The notes beneath the pieces were generated by a model. That model did not search any database. It saw only the letters and a program-made list of their open reading frames with translations, and was not told where the DNA came from. From Planctomycetota bacterium (GTDB lineage: Bacteria; Planctomycetota; B15-G4; JADJEK01), in NCBI GenBank assembly GCA_044225365.1, contig JBGAIQ010000073.1:1-25165 (forward strand): a DNA stretch of 25,165 bases, given 5' to 3'. The first letter of the stretch is position 1. Each line of letters begins with the position of its first letter. This document shows positions 7,081-14,786 of the stretch, piece by piece. A program made the translations under genes and the position numbers.

Positions 7081-8988
7081 TTACTCGGCGTCGAGCAGCG
7101 TGATCTTGGCGACGGGCTTGGGGGACAGGCGGCTGCCGCGGGAAGAGGTCGAGGTCAGCTCGAGGTCGTTCAGGTTGTAGCGTCCCTCGGTCACGCGCTG
7201 GTACTTGAAGGGCACGAACTCGAGATGCGCGGTGCCGGGTTTCTCGTTCTCGATCAGCAGATCGATCTTGCACTTCTCCTTGCACAGCGCGTACTCGCGG
7301 GCGCGGACGAACTTCAGGAAGTGCACCTTCTTCGCGAATGCGATCTTCTCGCGATCGCGGTACACGATCGTGAAGACCTTGCCCTTCTCGGGATCGAAGG
7401 GAGCACAGTAGATCAGCTTGCCGGGGATCAGGAGCTTCTCCTCGGCCCCGACGATGCGGTAGCTGCCGTCGTTGCTGATGAGGAGCATGCGGTCGTACTC
7501 ACTCACCGTGAACTGGAACTTCGGTCCCCGCACCTTCGTGCCGAAGAAGCCGCTCTCGGGGTCGTACGACACGCGAATGTCCGAGCGCGCGATCTCCTTG
7601 AGGTCGATCGTCTCGAACTTCGAGAGGTCGGTGCGCCGCGGATACTCGTCGCGGTACTTCTCGATGATGCCGGAGAGCCAGGCGATCGTCGTCTTCTTCA
7701 GATTCTTCAGCTTCTTCTGGCGGTCGGCGATGTCGTCCTCGACCTCCTTCAGTTGGTCCTTCCACTTGTTGATGTCGTAGAGCGAGATCCTGCGGATCTT
7801 GATCGCGAGCAGGCGATCGACGTCGTCCTGGACCATCGGCCGCACGAACTGCTTCTCGAACTCGTGCATGCCGTCCCAGACTTCGGAGCGCACCTTCTCG
7901 TCGGTCGTCGCCTTCTCGATGCGCTTGTAGATCCGGTTCTCGATGAAGATCCGTTCGAGCGAGAGCCAGTGTTGCTTGTCGATGAGCTCCGCGAGTTCGT
8001 GCTCGAGCTCCCGCTTCGTGATGTCGAGGAGTTGATCCGTGAGGTAGCCGAGAACCTGCGTCACCGTCATCTCGGCGGGATGCCCGTCGCAGATCACGGT
8101 GAGGTTCGATTGGATGCTCACCTGACAATCGGTGTAGCCGTAGAGCTGCGGAATGACCTCGGCCGCGTAGACTCCGCGGGGCAACTGGATCTCGATGTTG
8201 ACCGTCTCGGTCGTGTAGTCCGCGATCGAAGCGATCTTCACCTTGCCGGCCTCGGCCGCGGCTTCGATCGAGGCGATCACGCTCTCAGTCGTCGTCGAGA
8301 ACGGGATCTCGGTGATGACGATCGACTTCTCACTCTTCTCGTCGATCCGCGCCCGGAGCGTGATCTTCCCGCGACCGTCTTGATACTCCGACGCATCCAT
8401 CAGGCCGCCCTGCTGGAAGTCGGGAACGACGCGAGCCTCCTTCCCTCGCAACATCTCGACCTGCGCTTCGAGCAGTTCGATGAAGTTGTGCGGCATGATG
8501 CGCGTCGCCATGCCCACCGCGATGCCCTCGGTGCCGAGCATCAGGACCGTGGGCAACTTCGCGGGCAACACGACGGGCTCTTCGTTGCGACCGTCGTAGC
8601 TCGGGATGTACTCCGTGAGCGCCTTGTTGAACAGCGTCTCGATGGCGAGCGGCGACAGTCGACACTCGATGTAGCGAGCAGCGGCGGCGGGATGCCCCGT
8701 GAAGATGTTGCCGAAATTTCCCTGACGATCGATGAAGTACAGCTTGCTCGCGAGCACGACGAGCGCGTCGCCGATGGCCGCGTCGCCATGCGGATGGAGC
8801 TTCATCGATTCGCCGATGATGTTCGCGACCTTGTGGAAGCGACCGTCATGCACCGTGAACAGCGTGTGGAGGATGCGGCGCTGGACCGGTTTCAGGCCGT
8901 CGCGAATGTCCGGGATCGCGCGGTCGAGGACCACGTACGAGGCGTATTCGATGAAGTTGCGCCGCATCAGCGGCTCGAGCTGGGCCAT
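7081..8988 (-). CDS. parC: DNA topoisomerase IV subunit A (short type IIA topoisomerase A subunit)
   Basis: YASYVVLDRAIPDIRDGLKPVQRRIL, HPHGD, catalytic AAARYIE, GIAVGMAT. 635 aa with a short CTD and no GyrA-box. Lies downstream of the B subunit. Confidence 0.9.
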   Translation of the reverse strand: MAQLEPLMRRNFIEYASYVVLDRAIPDIRDGLKPVQRRILHTLFTVHDGRFHKVANIIGESMKLHPHGDAAIGDALVVLASKLYFIDRQGNFGNIFTGHPAAAARYIECRLSPLAIETLFNKALTEYIPSYDGRNEEPVVLPAKLPTVLMLGTEGIAVGMATRIMPHNFIELLEAQVEMLRGKEARVVPDFQQGGLMDASEYQDGRGKITLRARIDEKSEKSIVITEIPFSTTTESVIASIEAAAEAGKVKIASIADYTTETVNIEIQLPRGVYAAEVIPQLYGYTDCQVSIQSNLTVICDGHPAEMTVTQVLGYLTDQLLDITKRELEHELAELIDKQHWLSLERIFIENRIYKRIEKATTDEKVRSEVWDGMHEFEKQFVRPMVQDDVDRLLAIKIRRISLYDINKWKDQLKEVEDDIADRQKKLKNLKKTTIAWLSGIIEKYRDEYPRRTDLSKFETIDLKEIARSDIRVSYDPESGFFGTKVRGPKFQFTVSEYDRMLLISNDGSYRIVGAEEKLLIPGKLIYCAPFDPEKGKVFTIVYRDREKIAFAKKVHFLKFVRAREYALCKEKCKIDLLIENEKPGTAHLEFVPFKYQRVTEGRYNLNDLELTSTSSRGSRLSPKPVAKITLLDAE

Positions 8989-9057
8989 GTCTTGGAGTCG
9001 ACCTCGGGCGATTGGATTTCGATCGTTGGTGCGAACGGCTGTGCGCTCGCGTCATTC

Positions 9058-9085
9058 GTAGGGGCGCACGGCCGTGCGCCCCTAC
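9058..9085. repeat. GTAG-type REP element (family B), perfect 28-bp palindrome
   Basis: GTAGGGGCGCACGG|CCGTGCGCCCCTAC. Its minus-strand GTAG end supplies the TAG stop codon of parE. Confidence 0.9.
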
Positions 9086-10917
9086 AGGACGTCGAGGACT
9101 AGGTTGTCCACGATGAATTGCTTTCGTTGGGGGGTGTTCTTGCCCATGTAGAACTCGAGCGCCTGGCTCACCGAGCCCAGGCTCGTGACGACGACCGGCT
9201 CGAGGCGCATGTTGTCACCGATGAACTGCTTGAACTCCTTGGGATTGATCTCGCCGAGTCCCTTGAAGCGCGTCGTCTCGGGGTTCTTGATCTCTTTCTG
9301 CGCCTGATCGCGTTCCTTCTCATCGAAGCAATATCGCGTCTCTTGCTTGTTCCGCACCCGGAAGAGCGGAGTCTCGAGGACGAACACGTGACCGGTCGTC
9401 ACGAGTTCCTCGAAGTAGCGCAGGAAGTACGTGAGCAGCAGATTGCGGATGTGCATGCCGTCGACGTCGGCATCGGTCGCGATGACGACTCGGTTGTAGC
9501 GCAGGCCCTCGACGCCGTTCTCGATGCCGAGCGCCTGCATGATGTTGTACAGCTCTTCGTTCTTGTACACGGTGTCGCGCTGCAGCCCGTGCACATTGAG
9601 CGGCTTCCCACGCAACGAGAAGACGGCCTGCGTCTCGACGTCCCGGCACTGGATCATCGTCCCGCCGGCCGAATCGCCTTCGGCGAGGAAGATCGTCGAC
9701 TCCTGCGCGATCTCGCCGCCGTCGACGTCGTTCAAATGGACCTTGCAGTCCGTGAGCTTCGGGATGCGCAATGCGATCTTCTTCGCGCGATCGCGCGCGT
9801 CGCGCTTGATCGAGGCGAGCTCGGTGCGGATGCGCTCGTTCGTCTTGATCTTCTCGTGCAGCTTCTCCGCGGCTTCCTTGTGCTTGTGGAGCCAGAAGAC
9901 GACCTGCTCGCGGACTTCCTTCACGACCCATGGGCGCACGGAAGTCGTGCCGAGCTTGTTCTTCGTCTGACTCTCGAAGACCGGATCCTGCACCTTCACG
10001 GCGATCGCGCCGACCATGCCGTCGCGCACGTCCTCGCCCGCGAACTCCGACTGGAAGAACTCGTTCACGCCCTTCAGCACGCCCTCGCGGAACGCGCTCT
10101 GATGGGTGCCGCCGTCGTTCGTGTATTGGCCGTTGACGAAGCTGTAGTAGTTCTCGCCGTAGTTGTGCGTGTGCGTGAACGCGAACTCGAGCCGATCCAC
10201 CTTGCAGTGCATCAATTCGTAGATCGGTTGCTCTCCACTTTCGCCGCCCATCTCGAGTCGGAGCAAGTCGGCGAGCCCTTCCTTGCTCTTGTACGGCTTG
10301 CCGTTGTAGACGAGCGTGAGCCCCGAGTTCAGGAACGCGTAGTACTTCAGGCGGTGTTCGATGAACTCTTCCTGCCAGACGTACTTCTTGAAGATCTCCA
10401 CATCGGGCGTGAAGCGAACCATCGTGCCATTCGGCTCGTCACTCTTCCCGGACTGCTGCTTCAAGAGTTTCCCGCGTTCGAAGAACGCCCGGACGTACTT
10501 GCCGTCGCGGAAGCTCGCCACTTCGAAGTTCGACGACAGGGCGTTGACAGCCTTGGTGCCTACGCCGTTGAGACCGACCGAGAACTGGAAGACGTCGGTG
10601 TTGTACTTGCCGCCGGTATTGATCTGCGACACGCAGTCGACGACTTTGCCGAGCGGGATGCCGCGGCCGAAGTCGCGGATCGAGATCGAATCGTCCGTAC
10701 GATCGATGACGACGCGATTGCCGACCCCCATGATGAACTCGTCGATCGAGTTGTCGACGACTTCCTTCAGCATCACGTAGATGCCGTCCTGCGGATTCGA
10801 TCCGTCCCCGAGCCGCCCGATGTACATGCCCGTGCGCAATCGGATGTGCGACAGTGCGTCGAGCGTCTGGATCGCCTTCTCGTCGTAGGCGACCTGTTTC
10901 TTCGCTTCGTTGCTCAT
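9082..10917 (-). CDS. parE: DNA topoisomerase IV subunit B
   Basis: Likely start MSNEAKK (ATG 10917; 611 aa). HIRLRTGMYIG, GHKL motifs EVVDNSIDE / DFGRGIP / VGLNGVG, TOPRIM EGDSA and DADVDGMHI, RFKGLGEI. Confidence 0.92.
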   Translation of the reverse strand: MSNEAKKQVAYDEKAIQTLDALSHIRLRTGMYIGRLGDGSNPQDGIYVMLKEVVDNSIDEFIMGVGNRVVIDRTDDSISIRDFGRGIPLGKVVDCVSQINTGGKYNTDVFQFSVGLNGVGTKAVNALSSNFEVASFRDGKYVRAFFERGKLLKQQSGKSDEPNGTMVRFTPDVEIFKKYVWQEEFIEHRLKYYAFLNSGLTLVYNGKPYKSKEGLADLLRLEMGGESGEQPIYELMHCKVDRLEFAFTHTHNYGENYYSFVNGQYTNDGGTHQSAFREGVLKGVNEFFQSEFAGEDVRDGMVGAIAVKVQDPVFESQTKNKLGTTSVRPWVVKEVREQVVFWLHKHKEAAEKLHEKIKTNERIRTELASIKRDARDRAKKIALRIPKLTDCKVHLNDVDGGEIAQESTIFLAEGDSAGGTMIQCRDVETQAVFSLRGKPLNVHGLQRDTVYKNEELYNIMQALGIENGVEGLRYNRVVIATDADVDGMHIRNLLLTYFLRYFEELVTTGHVFVLETPLFRVRNKQETRYCFDEKERDQAQKEIKNPETTRFKGLGEINPKEFKQFIGDNMRLEPVVVTSLGSVSQALEFYMGKNTPQRKQFIVDNLVLDVL

Positions 10918-11051
10918 CGTGGGTGAATGATCCTCGCTGCACCGGGATTTCGAGCCGGAGAGTGAAACAGGCTCGGGCGGAAGCTTCAAGCTCCGCGTAG
11001 GTGTCGTGCCACAGTAAGATGCTCGCCCACCCCCGACCCGAGGAATTCGAG

Positions 11052-12383
11052 ATGATCGACGTCGCCCTCCTCGCACTCGCGTGCACCACGCCCTCGGAGA
11101 CCGCGACGATCGCGGTGAAGCCGCGCCCCGAGCTCGTTCCGGTCATCGATGCCGCGATCACGCGTCTCCTGCCGGGTCTCACCTCGATGTATCTCACGTG
11201 CCATGCGCACCCTGAACTCTCGCTCCACGAGGAGGAGACGAGCCAGCGCGCCGCCGCAGGCCTGAAGGATGCGGGATTCGAAGTGACGTCGAACGTCGGC
11301 GGCTTCGGCGTCGTCGGCGTGCTGAAGAACGGCGAGGGGCCGGTGATCCTGATCCGCGGCGACATGGACGCGCTGCCGGTGACGGAGGAGACGGGCACCG
11401 AGTACGCGAGCAAGGTCAAGGTGAAGGGCACGAGCGGCGCCGACGTCGGCGTGATGCATGCCTGCGGCCACGACGTCCATGTGACGTGTCTCGTCGGAGT
11501 CGCGCACGTGCTCGCCGCGCTCAAGGACTCGTGGCGCGGCACCGTCGTCGCCGTGGCGCAGCCCGCCGAGGAGATCGGCGTCGGCGCGAAGGCGATGATC
11601 GACGATGGCCTCTACAAGCGTTTCCCCGTGCCCCAGGCCGCGATCGCGCTGCACGTCTCGAGCGACGAAGTCGGAACGCTCACGCTCACGCCCGGCTTCT
11701 CGTTCGCCAACGTCGATTCGGTCGACATCGTGATCCACGGCATCGGGGGCCACGGCAGCAAACCGCAAGCGGCGGTCGATCCGATCGTGATCGGTTCCTA
11801 CGTCGTCGTCGCGCTCCAAACGGTCGTGAGCCGCAGGATGGATCCGCTCGAACCCGCGGTGATCACCGTCGGTTCATTCCACGCGGGATCGAAGCACAAC
11901 ATCATTCCGAACGACGCAACGTTGCAGGTGACGGTGCGCACCTACGGAGCGGAGAACCGAAAGAAGGTCCTCGACGCGATTCGACAAATCACGGTCGAAA
12001 CGGCGCGCGGCCTCGGCGCGAGGCAGGATCCCGACGTCACGATCCGCGAAGCGGAGTTCACACCCGCGACCTACAACGACCCGAACCTCACGAACGCGGC
12101 GGCCGGCCTGTTCTCCGCGCTGCTCGGCGCGGATCACGTGAGAGTCGTGAAGCCGATCATGGGTGGCGAGGACTTCGGTCGCTTCTCCGACGAGCTGCAC
12201 ATCCCGGGTCTGATGTTTCGGCTCGGTTCGATCTCGAAGGAACGCCTCGCGGCCTACGCCAAGGCGGGTGAGGATCCGCCGACGCAGCACTCGAGCAAGT
12301 ACTACCCCGACCCCGAACCGACGTTGAAGACGGGAGTGCGAAGCCTGTCCTCCCTCGCCCTCTCCCTCCTCGGCAAGCCGTAG
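11052..12383 (+). CDS. M20D-family amidohydrolase (hippurate/aminoacylase-like), possibly exported
   Basis: HAHPELS, RGDMDALP, MHACGHD, QPAEE, GGHGS, MGGEDF. GAGGA RBS before ATG 11052 and a TAAGAT -10-like hexamer at 11015. Confidence 0.9.
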   Translation: MIDVALLALACTTPSETATIAVKPRPELVPVIDAAITRLLPGLTSMYLTCHAHPELSLHEEETSQRAAAGLKDAGFEVTSNVGGFGVVGVLKNGEGPVILIRGDMDALPVTEETGTEYASKVKVKGTSGADVGVMHACGHDVHVTCLVGVAHVLAALKDSWRGTVVAVAQPAEEIGVGAKAMIDDGLYKRFPVPQAAIALHVSSDEVGTLTLTPGFSFANVDSVDIVIHGIGGHGSKPQAAVDPIVIGSYVVVALQTVVSRRMDPLEPAVITVGSFHAGSKHNIIPNDATLQVTVRTYGAENRKKVLDAIRQITVETARGLGARQDPDVTIREAEFTPATYNDPNLTNAAAGLFSALLGADHVRVVKPIMGGEDFGRFSDELHIPGLMFRLGSISKERLAAYAKAGEDPPTQHSSKYYPDPEPTLKTGVRSLSSLALSLLGKP

Positions 12384-12404
12384 CGGCGATCGCTCGACGA
12401 CCTA

Positions 12405-12421
12405 TCCGCAATCTTTGCGGG
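12405..12421. terminator. Small hairpin between convergent genes (possible terminator)
   Basis: tccgcaa-tct-ttgcggg stem-loop with only weak U-tracts. Confidence 0.3.
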
Positions 12422-12433
12422 AAATCCGGCTCC

Positions 12434-13300
12434 TCACCGCTCGCCGCTGTCGTCTCGCGCGGGCTTGGGTTTGAGCGCGGAGTTCGGCATGCGGAACAGC
12501 GCGACGGAGAGATCGTCCGGCTTCGACGGATCCTCCGGGCTCGGCTGCGTCATGCGGCGCCACACTTCGTGAACCAATTCGCGCGCAGCCGCGGCGATGT
12601 CGGGTTTCGAGATCCGGCCCGCGATGTCCTTGATCAGCAGATTGTCGAACAATCCATCGCTTCCGATCACCACTGTATCGCCGGGACCGAGCCGCAGCGG
12701 TCCCTTGATCTCCACCTCGGCGCGACCGATCCCCAGCAGATTCGACACGAGATGCAACTCTTCGTGACGGATCGCCTGCTCCTCGCTCAACAACCCATCG
12801 CGAACCGCGTAGCCGACGGGTGAATGCGGGACGGTCTGGAACGAACGCTCGCCGCCCGATCCGATGATCAGCGTCATCGAATCGCCGATGTGATACGACC
12901 AGAGTTGACCATTCTCGATCAGCACGAGGCTCACCGTCGTGGCGGCGCCGCTGCCGAGTTCGAGGATCTCGCGATGCGCGACGCGGAATCCCTCTTCGAT
13001 CCGCTTCTGCACCGACCCGAGCGAGTCATCGGCGAGCGCGCCCGCGATCGCCGAGATCGCACGCTGGGACGCCGCGCAACCATCGGGCAAGCCACCCGCG
13101 CCGTCGGCGACGGCGAGGACCGCCGAATTCGCCGTGAGCGGCGCGACGAGCAGCGAGTCTTCGTTCTCGGACAGTCGTCCCGGGCGACGACGAACGAGCA
13201 CCATCGCTTTGCCGCCCGCGACCGAGAACTCTTCGATCTGATTCATCTGCCCATCGAGGATGAGTCGCCACGACGGCGGCAATTGCGTGCTGGGTTCCAT
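12434..13300 (-). CDS. PP2C/PPM-family Ser/Thr protein phosphatase
   Basis: ENEDS, VADGAGG, ATT, HIGDS, GSDGLFDNL and DDLS metal-binding motifs. Confidence 0.88.
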   Translation of the reverse strand: MEPSTQLPPSWRLILDGQMNQIEEFSVAGGKAMVLVRRRPGRLSENEDSLLVAPLTANSAVLAVADGAGGLPDGCAASQRAISAIAGALADDSLGSVQKRIEEGFRVAHREILELGSGAATTVSLVLIENGQLWSYHIGDSMTLIIGSGGERSFQTVPHSPVGYAVRDGLLSEEQAIRHEELHLVSNLLGIGRAEVEIKGPLRLGPGDTVVIGSDGLFDNLLIKDIAGRISKPDIAAAARELVHEVWRRMTQPSPEDPSKPDDLSVALFRMPNSALKPKPARDDSGER

Positions 13301-13399
13301 CACGAGTGGATTAGCCCCGTGCCGCGGGCGTCGCCGCGTTCCGTTGTTTCAGGGCGACGAGTGCCTCGATCGAGTACGCAGGGATCGCAGACGCGGTCA

Positions 13400-13813
13400 T
13401 CAATCCTCTTCCTCGTCGTCGGGAGGATCCCGCTTCAGAGTCTGTTCCAGCAACCGTTTCGCGGCCTCGATGTTGAGCCGGGTATCGAGTTGTTCCAACG
13501 TCGCGACGTCGCGCGCGGGGACGAGCGCCACGAAGTCGTCCTTCGCTTCGCGGATCACGATGCGCTCGGTGCCCTTGGCCACGAGATTCATCTCGTCGGC
13601 GAGATGACGCTTCAGATCGTCCGCGCCGATGAACTCCTTCGGGACTTCGTTGTCGCCATCGAGTCGTTCGAGGAGGGCGAGGTCCTCGAGCGAGACGAAT
13701 GCGCAGCGATCGGCTCCGGAGAATCGGATGACGAATCGCTGGCGTGCCCGTCCCACGAGTTGGAGGACGTCCTCGAGGTTGGCGCGGGCTTCTTCGAGCG
13801 AGATGCGCTCCAC
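13400..13813 (-). CDS. Protein with two tandem Phd/YefM antitoxin-like domains
   Basis: GTG start with GGAG RBS. Repeat 1: ISLEEARANLEDVLQLVGRARQRFVIRFSGADRCAFVSLEDLALLE. Repeat 2: IGADDLKRHLADEMNLVAKGTERIVIREAKDDFVALVPARDVATLE. Acidic tail. Confidence 0.7.
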   Translation of the reverse strand: MERISLEEARANLEDVLQLVGRARQRFVIRFSGADRCAFVSLEDLALLERLDGDNEVPKEFIGADDLKRHLADEMNLVAKGTERIVIREAKDDFVALVPARDVATLEQLDTRLNIEAAKRLLEQTLKRDPPDDEEED

Positions 13814-14026
13814 GCTTCATCTCCGTTGACCGTGAAAGTAGCTGCTTTCGTGGCCCCCCGACGCAGGGAACCGGGCATAGCGTAATTCCAAGAATTGCCG
13901 TTCGCCAGACTTCGCTTGTCACAGCTTTCGACGAACCCGTTCAGAAAGCGCCTTCGGGCATGGACGAAGCGGCAGGATCCTGACACGATCGCGAGAGTCC
14001 GCTGAACTGCGACGAGAGCCCTCGAG

Positions 14027-14536
14027 ATGAGCCACCGCGACGCAATACCCGCTGCCTATTCCATTCGACCGATCCGAAGCTCGGACGACCCGGAAATGGC
14101 CGCGATCATTCGGGACGTGATGACGGAGCATGGGGCGTCGGGTCCGGGTTTCGCGATCCACGATTCCGAAGTCGGCGCGATGTCGCAGGCCTATCCAGGA
14201 GGCCGGAGCCGGTACTTCGTCATCGAGTCGGAAGGCCGAGTCGTCGGCGGGGGTGGATTCGCCCCCCTCGCGGGCGCCGACGCCAACACCTGTGAACTGC
14301 GCAAGATGTACTTCCGCCCTTCGGTTCGCGGCCTCGGCCTCGGCCGGGACCTGCTCGCCCACTGCCTCGAGGAGATGAAGCTCGCGGGATTCGAGATCTG
14401 CTACCTCGAGACGCTGAAGTCGATGGCGCGCGCCCGCAAGCTGTACGAAGCCTTCGGCTTCACTCCGAGATGTTCCGCGCTCGGCGGGACCGGCCACTTC
14501 GCGTGTGACACGTACTACGAGAAGAAGCTGACCTGA
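14027..14536 (+). CDS. GNAT-family N-acetyltransferase (YjgM-like)
   Basis: VVGGGG, CELRKMYF, acetyl-CoA motif RGLGLG, CYLET…ARKLYEAFGF, GHFACD. Confidence 0.9.
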   Translation: MSHRDAIPAAYSIRPIRSSDDPEMAAIIRDVMTEHGASGPGFAIHDSEVGAMSQAYPGGRSRYFVIESEGRVVGGGGFAPLAGADANTCELRKMYFRPSVRGLGLGRDLLAHCLEEMKLAGFEICYLETLKSMARARKLYEAFGFTPRCSALGGTGHFACDTYYEKKLT

Positions 14537-14543
14537 GCCGACC

Positions 14544-14666
14544 TCAGCGCGAATTGCGCAGGATCGCGTCCCGCTTCGCGACGACGAGACCGGACAGGAA
14601 TCCGATCGCGAAGACCGCAACGACCGAGAAGACTTCGGCGGAGGTGATGTGGGCGAGGACGGTCAT
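14544..14666 (-). CDS. Small (40-aa) single-pass membrane protein
   Basis: MTVLAHITSAEVFSVVAVFAIGFLSGLVVAKRDAILRNSR. GGAG 8 nt upstream of ATG 14666; one hydrophobic helix followed by basic residues; fills an intergenic gap without overlaps. Confidence 0.6.
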   Translation of the reverse strand: MTVLAHITSAEVFSVVAVFAIGFLSGLVVAKRDAILRNSR

Positions 14667-14786
14667 CGGTCGGACTCCGAGGTAGGATGGTTCGTGGCGA
14701 GTCCATTCCATCGCCTGCGTCCCGAACATCAAGCCACAGGATCGTCCGCATCGCGATCCTCGGCCACCGCATTGGGAGTCCGTGTC

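Noticed and set aside
7081-10917. gyrA/gyrB assignment
   Set aside because: The A subunit is short (635 aa) and has no GyrA-box, which fits topo IV better.
6976-10926. Long antisense ORFs (708 aa and 602 aa) opposite parC/parE, and similar ones opposite the E1, ASPIC and hisS genes
   Set aside because: Shadow ORFs expected from high-GC codon bias. They have no motifs and fully overlap well-supported genes.
13400-14536. Phd antitoxin + GNAT toxin TA pair
   Set aside because: The genes are divergent. The GNAT is YjgM-like rather than AtaT/TacT-like, and those toxins pair with RHH antitoxins.
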